DNA from: a virus
Length of the DNA stretch: 64,000 bases
IMG/VR virus record: IMGVR_UViG_3300031519_004559
Direction: 5' to 3' (one strand)
Below, in pieces: positions 26,866-36,564 of this stretch; the stretch's first letter is position 1, and every line of letters begins with the position of its first letter. A program made the position numbers and the translations under genes. The notes under the pieces were generated by a model. It made no database searches and was not told the DNA's origin. It saw nothing but the letters and a program-made list of their open reading frames with translations.

Positions 26866-27051
26866 TTATTTTCTCAGTTTAAAAATATCGTTGCGGCTTA
26901 GTTCGCCTGCGTATAACTCGTATTTGTACAAATTAGTTTCGAGTGTTATTCCATTAAAACTCACTACTTTTTCGTTAGAAGTTTTATCTTCTTCTATCTT
27001 ACGCTTTAATGTACTTAGACTATCCCAATTAGTTTTCTTAGTATAATCCAT
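26866..27051 (-). CDS. hypothetical protein
   Basis: First gene after a sigma70 promoter. Confidence 0.6.
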   Translation of the reverse strand: MDYTKKTNWDSLSTLKRKIEEDKTSNEKVVSFNGITLETNLYKYELYAGELSRNDIFKLRK

Positions 27052-27080
27052 ACTTTAAATCTCTTTTAATGTATTAGTCT

Positions 27081-27109
27081 ATTATAGCAAAACTATTCTT
27101 GCTTGTCAA
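27081..27109 (-). promoter_or_regulatory. sigma70 promoter TTGACA-N17-TATAAT driving the iscU-iscA unit
   Basis: Direct sequence. Confidence 0.85.
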
Positions 27110-27467
27110 CCGCTTCGGGCTTAACAGCTTCTTCGTAGTAAACAATGATTTGTTTTTGCTGTTCGATGTAGCGTCTTAGTTCTGCAAAGTTTAAACTAAG
27201 ATTTTCATAATCTTTAACTGAGATAGCAATGTAGGCGTCACTGCCATTCTTTGCTTCAAATTCTTTTTTAAATTCTTCAAGGTTGCCAGCAGATACTACA
27301 TAGATTTTAACATCATTAAGTAGTACTCCTTTTGGACGGGCAACAATAGGTACAGTAGTTTTTACAGTATTAGTTACTGTTACTATCTGTGGTTCCGGCC
27401 TCATCGCGCTGCACCCTATTAGGGTCAGTGATAATAATAAGATCATCCCAAAGTTTATCAGTCGCAT
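27093..27467 (-). CDS. o-spanin (Rz1-like lipoprotein)
   Basis: LIGC lipobox; overlaps 3' end of i-spanin; follows endolysin. Confidence 0.7.
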   Translation of the reverse strand: MRLINFGMILLLSLTLIGCSAMRPEPQIVTVTNTVKTTVPIVARPKGVLLNDVKIYVVSAGNLEEFKKEFEAKNGSDAYIAISVKDYENLSLNFAELRRYIEQQKQIIVYYEEAVKPEAVDKQE

Positions 27468-27792
27468 TTTGCATCCTCTTTTCGATCAACCCCGGCTTTT
27501 TATTTGCCAAATGCGTAAGGTTGTGTTTTTGTAAAGTAGCACGAAGTTCGTCTCCGTACTTTTCTGCTGTTTGTAATTCAGCTTGCAGGTTAGCATTTAG
27601 TTCTGCATTGCGAAACACGTCTCTTTGTAAAGTAGCAATACTATCTTCGCTAATTTGTACTGCTACTTCCATTTTTGCAACATTATCTCGTGCTGTTTGT
27701 AAATCACTTTGTAGTTTTTGAACATATAGATAACCCATACCAGCAGTTGCAATAACTGTCATTACCATAGCAATTTTAATAGCACCAAACAT
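27370..27792 (-). CDS. i-spanin (Rz-like)
   Basis: N-terminal TM then coiled coil. Confidence 0.7.
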   Translation of the reverse strand: MFGAIKIAMVMTVIATAGMGYLYVQKLQSDLQTARDNVAKMEVAVQISEDSIATLQRDVFRNAELNANLQAELQTAEKYGDELRATLQKHNLTHLANKKPGLIEKRMQNATDKLWDDLIIITDPNRVQRDEAGTTDSNSN

Positions 27793-27795
27793 AGT

Positions 27796-28671
27796 TTATC
27801 CTAAAAGTTTTTCTAGTGTCATTGGGCCAGCAATACCGTCAGCAACTAATCCGTTAGCAACTTGCCATGCTTTAAGCGCACGTTCTGTTCCTGGTCCAAA
27901 TGCTCCGTCTGCTCCAACGCCTAATGCTTCTTGCATCATTTTAACGCCTTCACCTTTACATCCTTTACGTAGTACACCAATGTCATCTACATCAACGTCA
28001 TCTTCTCCGTCATCTTCGACAATACTTACAGGATTGCCAAATACTTCCATTGCTTTCTTATAACGTGATTGACGATCTGCAAGTCCGATGTTACCACCGT
28101 TAATCTTTTTAGTCATCTTTGTTACGTCATCTGTGTCTGCAATTGAATTTAGATTGTTTGCATCCCAGAACCAGCAAGCACTTTCAACAGCGCCTTTTTC
28201 AGTTGCAACATATGTTGCTGCTTCTTCTGCTGTCATGCCTACTGTTTTAGCAAAACGTTCATAGTTGTTACGTCCAGTAAGTTGCTTTAGACCACGACCA
28301 CAAAATCTCCAACCATCGCCGTCTTCTGTATTACCTAGCTGTCCGCGCTTAGAGCGGAATTCGTCTTGATATACATAGTTTGCAATCTTCTCTGGGTTAC
28401 GTGCATACTCTGCTGCATTACGCTTAGGTGCTGCACCAAAGTAACGTCCGAATACTGCGTTAAGTGCTTTCTCACTATAGTTTAAGTTCTCAGTAAGTGA
28501 GCGGAAGTTGTTTGATTCGTGCGATGTTTGACTAATAAAATGCGCCATACGCCTTTCTGTAGTAATACCATATTTAGGTAGTACATCTACTAATGCAGCA
28601 TGCCACGCATCGACATTTTTGTTACCTGGGATCAATTTAGCCAGGTGTTCTTTCTGTAGTTCAAAGCTCAT
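27796..28671 (-). CDS. GH19 endolysin with C-terminal peptidoglycan-binding domain
   Basis: HESNNF..ENLNYS, GRGLKQLTGRNNY, INGG; ADGIAGPMT. Confidence 0.9.
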   Translation of the reverse strand: MSFELQKEHLAKLIPGNKNVDAWHAALVDVLPKYGITTERRMAHFISQTSHESNNFRSLTENLNYSEKALNAVFGRYFGAAPKRNAAEYARNPEKIANYVYQDEFRSKRGQLGNTEDGDGWRFCGRGLKQLTGRNNYERFAKTVGMTAEEAATYVATEKGAVESACWFWDANNLNSIADTDDVTKMTKKINGGNIGLADRQSRYKKAMEVFGNPVSIVEDDGEDDVDVDDIGVLRKGCKGEGVKMMQEALGVGADGAFGPGTERALKAWQVANGLVADGIAGPMTLEKLLG

Positions 28672-29390
28672 TTTTGTATCCTTTTTAAAACAAGAGCCTT
28701 GTCTTCGTTTTCAAAAACAAGACTATTTCCGTACTTACTTATATTATAATTACCCAAATACTTAGTTAAAAATAGTATTTCTGGATAAGATTCCATTATA
28801 TCAAATTTGCCATCTATATTTTCTAGTACTTCCTTTTTATCGCCAAATTCTACGAATTCAAATGCTAAAGGATCTGCATAAACTTTTTTACAAATAATTG
28901 TGTTTTCAAGCATATCTACACTATCGATATAGCCTTTGCTAAAAAAGTTCTTATAATTTTCCATTGTATTTTGGTTTCTAGTTAGTCCGTAATTGTTAGG
29001 ATCCTTCGGAATAAAACTGTCTAGATTTTCCATAGTGGCATCTTTGCTGGTGAAATTCTTATAGTATCTAAATTTTAAATTATCAAGTCCTGCTATCTTT
29101 TTTACACCGTCTAAAACTTCGTAAATATTATCAGCTATATGTCTGTTCCTTTCCATTTCAACAAATACTTTATAAGTACCGTCTGATTGTTCTCCAGCTG
29201 TTGCATCAGCATCGAGTATAAAACTATAACCGCCCTCTAAAAATTTAACAAGATCGTCGGCTGGTGCTTTATCTCTTACGCTAAAACTTAATGTTACTAT
29301 GTCTTCGTCATCACCCATTTTTGACTTAAATGAATCTATTTCAAAAATGTCAAAAAGCATAGCTTTTAGATCGCCTGCACGTAGTCCCAT
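28668..29390 (-). CDS. hypothetical phage protein
   Basis: Long ORF in operon. Confidence 0.75.
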   Translation of the reverse strand: MGLRAGDLKAMLFDIFEIDSFKSKMGDDEDIVTLSFSVRDKAPADDLVKFLEGGYSFILDADATAGEQSDGTYKVFVEMERNRHIADNIYEVLDGVKKIAGLDNLKFRYYKNFTSKDATMENLDSFIPKDPNNYGLTRNQNTMENYKNFFSKGYIDSVDMLENTIICKKVYADPLAFEFVEFGDKKEVLENIDGKFDIMESYPEILFLTKYLGNYNISKYGNSLVFENEDKALVLKRIQK

Positions 29391-29968
29391 TAAATTGTAC
29401 CTCCTGTAGCTGCTTCCTCAGGCGCCGCCGCGGCCATATCTGGTGCTGGTGCTCCGGCTCCAGCTAATGCGTCAGCTGGTTGCTCTGCTTGTGGACCAGC
29501 ATCTGTTTCTACTGCAGGTTCATTATTAAGATCCATACGCTCTGCATATGATCCGTAAATACTTGCTATAAGTTTTTTAGGCATCATAATTTCTATTATC
29601 CATACAGGGCTTCTATCTAGTTTGCCCTTGCGTGTTCCGGGTCGAATGTCTTCAGGCTTACGAATTGTGCGTGGCTTTGTAATGTATGACTTTTGGTAAC
29701 TAATTTTACAGTCGTAATCTAACAGACGCTTGCCGCCCATTGGATCAGGCATTTTTGCTCTAGGCCAAAAGAACTTACAAGTGACCCAATGTCTATCAAT
29801 TTTTGGTCCTTCGGCAAGTTCACCGTCTTCCCAATTTTGATACACGTAAAGATCTAATTCATCTAAGACTCTTTCAAAATCTTTCAACACTTGAAATGAA
29901 GTATTACTATCATAGATGTTTTCTACGTTTTTAATTATATCATATATATTTTGCATATTCGCTTCCAA
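29390..29968 (-). CDS. hypothetical phage protein
   Basis: Long ORF with Ala/Pro-rich tail. Confidence 0.75.
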   Translation of the reverse strand: MEANMQNIYDIIKNVENIYDSNTSFQVLKDFERVLDELDLYVYQNWEDGELAEGPKIDRHWVTCKFFWPRAKMPDPMGGKRLLDYDCKISYQKSYITKPRTIRKPEDIRPGTRKGKLDRSPVWIIEIMMPKKLIASIYGSYAERMDLNNEPAVETDAGPQAEQPADALAGAGAPAPDMAAAAPEEAATGGTI

Positions 29969-30045
29969 AACTTTATTATACTTATTTATCGTTCATAATC
30001 ATTAACTTTGAGCTTTTGATATTAGTCACAGGACTAAATACTTTT

Positions 30046-30096
30046 GTAGGGCAGTAGCCCATTTGGGCATTGCTCTACTTACATCAATCCATGTAA
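30046..30096 (+). promoter_or_regulatory. two hairpins in phoH 5' leader
   Basis: GTAGGGCAGT-A-GCCC-ATTT-GGGC-ATTGCTCTAC then TTACAT-CAATCC-ATGTAA abutting SD. Confidence 0.45.
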
Positions 30097-30108
30097 GGAG
30101 GACACTTA

Positions 30109-30831
30109 ATGGGTGCAAAGCGAAAGTCTCAAAAGAGACAATCAGACTCCAGCTACAGTAACGTAGTTGAATTCACAAACTTCAAAAAACAAAATCAAGT
30201 AACTATTCTTCCAAGAAACAAAAATCAAGAAACATACACGCTAAAACTGTTAGATCCAACGAAAGACATAGTCTTCGGAGTAGGTCCTGCAGGAACCGGT
30301 AAAACACTGCTTGCAGTGCAGGTGGCTGTAAAAATGTTTAAGGAACAGGCAGTTGACAAGATTATCGTTACAAGGCCAGCAGTATCGGTTGACGAAGATC
30401 TTGGGTTTTTACCAGGAACGCTAGAAGAAAAGATGGCGCCTTGGACAAGACCAATTTTTGATGTATTAAAAGAATATTTTAATGCAGCTGAAATATCTGG
30501 AATGATTGCAGAAGGTATTATTGAAATATCGCCATTAGCATACATGCGTGGGCGAACATTTAAAAATAGCTTTATTCTTGCAGACGAAATGCAAAACGCA
30601 ACAGAAAACCAAATGAAGATGCTATTAACACGATTAGGTGAAGGTAGTATGATGGCAGTTACAGGAGATCTTGCACAAGCAGATAGAATTAAAGATAATG
30701 GTCTTATTAGATTTGTAGATAAATTAAAAGTTAATAATTCCACAAGGTTGGACATAGTCCAGTTTGCACAAGGAGACATTGAGAGGCATGAAGCTGTAAA
30801 GGAGGTGTTAAAGATATATGGAGATACTTAA
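30109..30831 (+). CDS. phoH: PhoH family ATPase
   Basis: GPAGTGKT, LGFLPG, YMRGRTF, DEMQN, TGDLAQ. Confidence 0.95.
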   Translation: MGAKRKSQKRQSDSSYSNVVEFTNFKKQNQVTILPRNKNQETYTLKLLDPTKDIVFGVGPAGTGKTLLAVQVAVKMFKEQAVDKIIVTRPAVSVDEDLGFLPGTLEEKMAPWTRPIFDVLKEYFNAAEISGMIAEGIIEISPLAYMRGRTFKNSFILADEMQNATENQMKMLLTRLGEGSMMAVTGDLAQADRIKDNGLIRFVDKLKVNNSTRLDIVQFAQGDIERHEAVKEVLKIYGDT

Positions 30832-31962
30832 TTATTTCCTAAAAACATAAACACCCTCAAACTTTTCTCGCCCGGCTAGTTTTTGATTACCAACTCCTGG
30901 TCGGGTGTTAAGCATCATTTTAATTGTGTTTACATGTTTAAAGCCTATACGCTCCGCGGTAGCAATCCAATCTTCTACAACTTTAAATTCTTTGCTTCCG
31001 TAGGTTTTATAATCTGCAATATTTGTAGCAAATATTCCGTCGCTGTTAAGGCCTTTATATATGTTCTCAATAGTAGGTTCAACGTAGCCACCAAACCAAT
31101 CTTCAAGAGTTTTATAACGTACCATACATTGTGTATCTTCATCTGAATATTTTTCTAAGTTAAAATACGGTGGAGAACTAAATGCAAGATCTATATCAGT
31201 AGGTTGGTAATCTTCACTAACACTTTGTATAATGTTTCCCTTTACACCAACTGCTTCATTAATGCACTCATTAAAGTAGTTTAAGTACTTTATAGTTTCT
31301 GTATTAGGCTCAACGCCAGTGTAATTATATTTCATGTTACTAGCGCCTATGCCTAATAACCGTCCTCCGTAGCCGCAACTATAATCATATACATTTCCCC
31401 ATATCACCGGACATAGTTCTTCAACAATAGCTCTAGCATTTTGAGGTTTAAAGTTTTGTACGTTTTCACCTGTAACAAGTTCTAATGCTCTACGTAATGC
31501 TGTAGGATAAGCTAAGTGATTTCCTTCACGCATTTCATAACAAATGCGTATAGCTCTCTTTAACTTTTTGTCATCAAAAAATCTATCACGTAAACTGTTA
31601 CTACCTCTACCTTTAGGCTCAGCCGTCATCATGTTAGTAAACAAAAAACGACTAAGAGGCTGACCCCTATTATTTCCTAAACTTATTCTGCTATCTTTCA
31701 CACCGTTGTAACTAGTATCTTTAAAGTCACGTATTGCCCGTATAATGCCCTTTTCTGTAAAATAGATAATGGGCACTAGATTTATGGATCGATAAATGTC
31801 AAAGATACTAGATACTGTGCCGTCAGGGTCTTTATTGAAGGCCGGTTTATCAAATTTGTCTAATTGGTCATATACTGACTCATACCCAGTAAACTCGTCA
31901 CCGTGAATGTTCTTAGCACCAATTCCCCAAAAGTCGTGTATTTCTTGTAACGTCGACGACAT
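30832..31962 (-). CDS. DNA amino-methyltransferase (N4-C/N6-A)
   Basis: YDYSCGYGGR motif I and FSSPPYF motif IV. Confidence 0.8.
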   Translation of the reverse strand: MSSTLQEIHDFWGIGAKNIHGDEFTGYESVYDQLDKFDKPAFNKDPDGTVSSIFDIYRSINLVPIIYFTEKGIIRAIRDFKDTSYNGVKDSRISLGNNRGQPLSRFLFTNMMTAEPKGRGSNSLRDRFFDDKKLKRAIRICYEMREGNHLAYPTALRRALELVTGENVQNFKPQNARAIVEELCPVIWGNVYDYSCGYGGRLLGIGASNMKYNYTGVEPNTETIKYLNYFNECINEAVGVKGNIIQSVSEDYQPTDIDLAFSSPPYFNLEKYSDEDTQCMVRYKTLEDWFGGYVEPTIENIYKGLNSDGIFATNIADYKTYGSKEFKVVEDWIATAERIGFKHVNTIKMMLNTRPGVGNQKLAGREKFEGVYVFRK

Positions 31963-32639
31963 TAGATCTCTTTAGCTAACGGAAAGATTTCAGCAATAAC
32001 TTTAGCACAGGCATGTGCAATATCCATATGTTCTTTTTGTGTACCATTAGAACCGCGGAGTTCTATATAGTGTACCCAACTACGAATACTACCTTGCATA
32101 TACAAACGTGACTTAGTTAAGCCTTCTGGCAAAACTTTACGAGCTTGTTCTTTAGCAATACCATTTTCAATTGCCCAGTCATATGCATCTTTTGCGGCAT
32201 CAATTACTCTTTGTTGTTTATTTTTCCAAGTGCCTTGGAGAATAGCATGTCCATCACTTTCAGGATCTAAGTCAACAGAGTTCTGCCTGTTCTTAGGATC
32301 TTGCAAACGTGCTTCACTTATTACAAACTGATCACCCATACTTGCTGGATCAGCATACCGTTGACTAAATTCTTGAAACGCAAAACTACGATGTCGAACA
32401 ACCTGGTGTGCAATATCTCGAGTGGTATCAATTTCCAATGTGGCGTTAACCATTTCAAGTGGTGACCAATGTTGGTGTTTGATCAAATACTTAATCAAAC
32501 GTTTACTTGTTTCTGTATTAATTTGTGCTGTAGGGTTTGACACTTTTGCACAAAATGCAATAAGTTCTTGTAGGTCTGTTAATCCTTCTGCTTCAAATTC
32601 GTCTGTTGCTTTTGAATAGCATACTAATCGAACTGTCAT
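31962..32639 (-). CDS. thyX: flavin-dependent thymidylate synthase
   Basis: HWSPLE, RHRSFAFQEFSQRY, EQARKVLP, TQKEH. Confidence 0.95.
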   Translation of the reverse strand: MTVRLVCYSKATDEFEAEGLTDLQELIAFCAKVSNPTAQINTETSKRLIKYLIKHQHWSPLEMVNATLEIDTTRDIAHQVVRHRSFAFQEFSQRYADPASMGDQFVISEARLQDPKNRQNSVDLDPESDGHAILQGTWKNKQQRVIDAAKDAYDWAIENGIAKEQARKVLPEGLTKSRLYMQGSIRSWVHYIELRGSNGTQKEHMDIAHACAKVIAEIFPLAKEI

Positions 32640-32824
32640 TCTGGGTGTTCTCCTTTTAAATTTTTAATCCTAGCATTAATAAAATTAATTGTTGTGTGTA
32701 TATGGCCACTGCCAGATAGCTGCAACAATGTTCTATAATATGCAATTTCTTCTTCTAGTACGTTAATGCGTACTAGATCATTTATTAATTTTCTATTTTC
32801 AGTCGCCTTGACCTGGTTGTTCAC
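32636..32824 (-). CDS. hypothetical protein
   Basis: Operon packing. Confidence 0.55.
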   Translation of the reverse strand: MNNQVKATENRKLINDLVRINVLEEEIAYYRTLLQLSGSGHIHTTINFINARIKNLKGEHPE

Positions 32825-33152
32825 TAAAATGATCCTCTAATTTATTTGGTACTCCGTCCCACTCAGTTGCGTCAGGAGGGACATCATCGGGCCGGGCTAC
32901 AGTAATGTTTGGCCACTCGTCTGAATAACGTTGATTAAATATTTCCCAGTACGCTGACTTATCTGGATCTAATGCATTATCGGCCACAATAGCATCAGCA
33001 GGACACTCGGGTTCACATACTCCGCAATCAATACATTCCATAGGATTGATTACCAGCATGTTCTCGCCTTCGTAAAAACAGTCTACAGGACATACTTCTA
33101 CGCATGTCATGTGTTTACATTTAATACAATTTTCTGTTACTAGATATGTCAT
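32799..33152 (-). CDS. fdxA: 7Fe ferredoxin
   Basis: [30 protein letters not shown]. Confidence 0.92.
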   Translation of the reverse strand: MTYLVTENCIKCKHMTCVEVCPVDCFYEGENMLVINPMECIDCGVCEPECPADAIVADNALDPDKSAYWEIFNQRYSDEWPNITVARPDDVPPDATEWDGVPNKLEDHFSEQPGQGD

Positions 33153-33559
33153 AGTTTTCCTTCATCTCTAAGTCTGTTTCTAATTTGCGTAGCACTAATA
33201 CTATGTATCTCTTTGCCTAAGTCGTGCTCTGTAAATGTATATCCTACACCACGACCGTAGCTAATGTCTACAATGTTTGGTACTTGCATTGTAACATATT
33301 CGTTGCCGCGTGTAAAGCCCGCATTATGTAATCCTTCTTCGATTCCGTCTACTACATAATCAAAACTAAAAGGATTGTCATCTTGTACAACTGTACGTCC
33401 ACCACCTGCATCTTCGCCTACAATACCGCCTACGTCACGAATCATAATACATACTTGGCCTGTTTCTGCTAATGCACGTTTAAACAATTCGGTGTGACCG
33501 TCATGCCATGGTTGCCATCTACCCAACATTTGTGCAGTCGGTTTTTTCCAATCAAACAT
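33149..33559 (-). CDS. small HxGH nucleotidyltransferase
   Basis: [17 protein letters not shown]. Confidence 0.8.
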   Translation of the reverse strand: MFDWKKPTAQMLGRWQPWHDGHTELFKRALAETGQVCIMIRDVGGIVGEDAGGGRTVVQDDNPFSFDYVVDGIEEGLHNAGFTRGNEYVTMQVPNIVDISYGRGVGYTFTEHDLGKEIHSISATQIRNRLRDEGKL

Positions 33560-33977
33560 TTTTCCTACCCATGTAACTTTTTACTACGTCTATTAATTGT
33601 TGGTGTGTGTCATTAAACCATTGTGCAACATGGTAGTCATATTCTACAGGCGCTTGGAACATCTTATTGGTATCTTCAAAACGTCCCTTTTGGATAGTGT
33701 CCATCCACACAGTAAAGTCTGGATTAAACTCTGCTCGAGCTTCTTCAGTTGGGCACACAAAGTCTGCTATTGCAATCTTGCCAGCCATAACAACTCCATC
33801 TGCCAAGAACTTCATACGCATTGCTTGACGCATACGACCTTCTGGACTAAAGTCCCAGTCGTCGTATTGTTTTCTAACAGCATCAGCGTTAATCCAAACG
33901 CCGCCAATGAGTTTTGCAAACGGCTCGGCTAGTGTGCTCTTGCCGCTTCCAGGTAATCCAAATATTAATATCTTCAT
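33552..33977 (-). CDS. adenylylsulfate kinase-like P-loop kinase
   Basis: GLPGSGKST, NADAVR, DFSPEGR, FVCP. Confidence 0.75.
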   Translation of the reverse strand: MKILIFGLPGSGKSTLAEPFAKLIGGVWINADAVRKQYDDWDFSPEGRMRQAMRMKFLADGVVMAGKIAIADFVCPTEEARAEFNPDFTVWMDTIQKGRFEDTNKMFQAPVEYDYHVAQWFNDTHQQLIDVVKSYMGRKNV

Positions 33978-34891
33978 TACAGTCTTGCTAGTCGAATTAG
34001 CGTAGCTGCTAAATTAATCTCCGGATCAACAACTAGCGTATGATCAACTAGACCTTGCTTAATAACAAGTACGGCAGTGTCTTGTTTTTCTTCATCACCA
34101 AACAACTCAATGTTATCATATAGCCAGCGATAGATCTCTTCCATCTCTTCTGGACGAACTGCACCACATAGTAGTTTACGTGCTTCTGCAATCTTACCAT
34201 CTTTAAATAATTCAACCATATCTAGCTTCCAGTCTTGTTCACCAGTATCGCCTTCGTTAGGTTTAAGTAAGCTATTATCTTGTACATTCATTTGTACAGT
34301 GTTAATGCACTTACGTAGGTCTGGGTAAGTTGCTTTTACATAAGTGTCGAGTGTATCTAAGTCTGGAGTTACGCCTTCTGTAATAAGTATCTCTGCAACA
34401 CGAGCAGTAAACTCAGTTTGGTCAATTTTAGCAATATGAAAGCCTTGACAACGACTGTGTATAGCAGGAATAATTCTGTTAGGATAGTTACACGTCATAA
34501 TAAAACGTGCTGTTGTGTGATACTCTTCCATCACTCCACGTAGTGCGGCTTGGGCGTTAGGCGACAAATAGTCAGCCTCATCAAGTAGTACAACTTTAAA
34601 GTCACCAAACGGAATCATTTGTACAAAGTTAACAATTTTGTCACGTACATCGTCTACACTGTTAGTGCGACTTGCGTTAATCTCTAAGATATCTAACGGA
34701 TTAAGATCAAGTTCGTTGAACAACAGTTTAGCAAGAGTAGTCTTACCAATACCTGCATTGCCACTAAACAGCAAATGCGGAATAGTCTTTTCTTTAATCC
34801 AAGTGTTTACTTGGTTTCGCTGTGCATCATCACGAAACACGTATCCGTCAACTGTTGCTGGACGGTATTTTTCTACCCATAATTCTTTCAT
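33977..34891 (-). CDS. clamp loader subunit (gp44/RFC-small)
   Basis: LWVEKYRP, GNAGIGKTT, LDEAD, SRC. Confidence 0.93.
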   Translation of the reverse strand: MKELWVEKYRPATVDGYVFRDDAQRNQVNTWIKEKTIPHLLFSGNAGIGKTTLAKLLFNELDLNPLDILEINASRTNSVDDVRDKIVNFVQMIPFGDFKVVLLDEADYLSPNAQAALRGVMEEYHTTARFIMTCNYPNRIIPAIHSRCQGFHIAKIDQTEFTARVAEILITEGVTPDLDTLDTYVKATYPDLRKCINTVQMNVQDNSLLKPNEGDTGEQDWKLDMVELFKDGKIAEARKLLCGAVRPEEMEEIYRWLYDNIELFGDEEKQDTAVLVIKQGLVDHTLVVDPEINLAATLIRLARL

Positions 34892-35709
34892 TCGCTAGCC
34901 TTTGTTATCATATTAATGTTATCACTAATTATAGCATCAAACTCACCGTCTGTCAAGCTATAATATAAATCTTGGCTTAATGCTCTGCTAAAACTAGCAC
35001 TTACATCATTATTAAGTCCAAGTCTGTTACATGCTTCTGCTGTGCTGTATCCGCCACTTAGGAAGACAACCTTGCGTACATTACGATGTACTGTTAGGTT
35101 GTGATACAAGTTAGGTACTTCAGGAGGTGTTAGTTTAAGAATAACTTTAAATTTCTTCTCATTTAAAAACTTCTCTAATAGTTTGTATAGTTCTTGTTCG
35201 ACCAGTTCTTTCTCAGGATGATCAATAGGTACTTCAGGTTCGATGATAGGCACAAGTCCGTAACTGCAAATAGTTTCTGCTAGTTGAAACTGTTGTGTAA
35301 GAATTGCTCTAACCATGTCTACACTTTTAACAATACTACGCATCTTTGTGCCGTAGATTTGTGCGCCAATAGATCCGTTTTCTGGTGTGCGTTTAGTTGC
35401 CCATTCTAACATTTGCTTTACTGGAAACTGTTTAAGCATACCGCTTTCTTCACATCCGCTGTCAATCTTTAGAAACGAATCGATACCCATGTCATCCAAG
35501 ATGTTAACCATGCCGCGTGTGACTGTGTCTTGGTAGAGGATTGCTCCCCAGATGTTTTTGTCGTTGAAGTCAGGTGAGTTAACCATACGCATACGCATTT
35601 CGTGTACACGATCCATTTTGTTATCTTCTGTGTACTCACGACCATAACGTTCTAGTACGCCACCTGTTGAACCACCACTGTGGTCCATTGCTGCTATAAA
35701 TCTACTCAT
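34888..35709 (-). CDS. class I fructose-bisphosphate aldolase
   Basis: AAMDHSGGST, FLKIDSG, GTKMRS, PIIEPEV, LSGGYS, SFSRAL. Confidence 0.9.
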   Translation of the reverse strand: MSRFIAAMDHSGGSTGGVLERYGREYTEDNKMDRVHEMRMRMVNSPDFNDKNIWGAILYQDTVTRGMVNILDDMGIDSFLKIDSGCEESGMLKQFPVKQMLEWATKRTPENGSIGAQIYGTKMRSIVKSVDMVRAILTQQFQLAETICSYGLVPIIEPEVPIDHPEKELVEQELYKLLEKFLNEKKFKVILKLTPPEVPNLYHNLTVHRNVRKVVFLSGGYSTAEACNRLGLNNDVSASFSRALSQDLYYSLTDGEFDAIISDNINMITKASE

Positions 35710-35866
35710 CCATATTCTCCAAAACTAAACATTGATTGTATTCAACTACGTATCCACAAGCACGAAGGAAGTTTTGAAACTCTTCAAGAACATTATCCAT
35801 AGACGCATGTTCTGCCATTTCTATTTCAATCTTTGTGCCGTCACTGTGTTGGTGTGTAAACTTCAT
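35702..35866 (-). CDS. 54-aa hypothetical protein (not in ORF track)
   Basis: MKFTHQHSDG...FQNFLRACGY; fills gap exactly. Confidence 0.6.
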   Translation of the reverse strand: MKFTHQHSDGTKIEIEMAEHASMDNVLEEFQNFLRACGYVVEYNQCLVLENMDE

Positions 35867-36032
35867 TCTTCTTCCCATCTTGTTTCTTTAGTTCAGCTTG
35901 ATAAGCATCAGCAGCATCACTGGCAAGGCGGTGAGCGGCGTTAGCGGCAGCATTAGCAGCATAACCAAAAGCAGCATCAGCAGTAGCATCTAATGTCTCA
36001 GCAAAAGCCTTTAGTTCTTCTAGCTTAGTCAT
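35841..36032 (-). CDS. Ala-rich small protein
   Basis: Low-complexity AANAAANAA. Confidence 0.5.
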   Translation of the reverse strand: MTKLEELKAFAETLDATADAAFGYAANAAANAAHRLASDAADAYQAELKKQDGKKNEVYTPTQ

Positions 36033-36361
36033 GATATAATCCAATCCATATTCATCCAGTCTGTATCTTCTGGCATCATCTCAACTTTGTCGCCATGCAT
36101 ACCTTGTAACTGTTTCCAAATACCAGCATTGTTCATCCTCAGTGTGTACGACTCTTTATAACAACGATATCGAGACCCACTAGCACCATGGAAGTAGTAG
36201 CACTCTTCGTCCTCTTCTACCTTTGTAATGCCACTGTTCATACGCCAACTGTCGCCATCCAAGTAACCGCCTGATGTCCCAACAAGCGCCTTATAGAAGA
36301 TACCGTGTTCTTCAGTATTAAACTTTATAACTACCCAATTGTCACAGTTATAATCACTCAT
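36029..36361 (-). CDS. hypothetical phage protein
   Basis: GGYLDGDSWRMNSGI. Confidence 0.7.
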   Translation of the reverse strand: MSDYNCDNWVVIKFNTEEHGIFYKALVGTSGGYLDGDSWRMNSGITKVEEDEECYYFHGASGSRYRCYKESYTLRMNNAGIWKQLQGMHGDKVEMMPEDTDWMNMDWIIS

Positions 36362-36564
36362 ACCTTCCACTCCTTTTCTTCTTCCAATGCATATTGTACT
36401 GCTTGGTAATAGTCTGTGTCTTCATCGTTCATATGTGCAAAGTATAATCCTGCCGAAGACATTAGTTTATGAATTTCTGATCCTGGTTCTAAATGGGTAT
36501 TACTTTCCATTATGGCCTGGATCTTGTCCATTGTTCCTTTGATCTTCGTTTGGATCTTACTCAT
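36358..36564 (-). CDS. hypothetical protein
   Basis: Start at MSKIQ overlaps upstream stop. Confidence 0.6.
   Translation of the reverse strand: MSKIQTKIKGTMDKIQAIMESNTHLEPGSEIHKLMSSAGLYFAHMNDEDTDYYQAVQYALEEEKEWKV

Noticed and set aside
35900-36000. gca/gcg-rich low-complexity tract
   Set aside because: Explained by Ala codons of a small ORF
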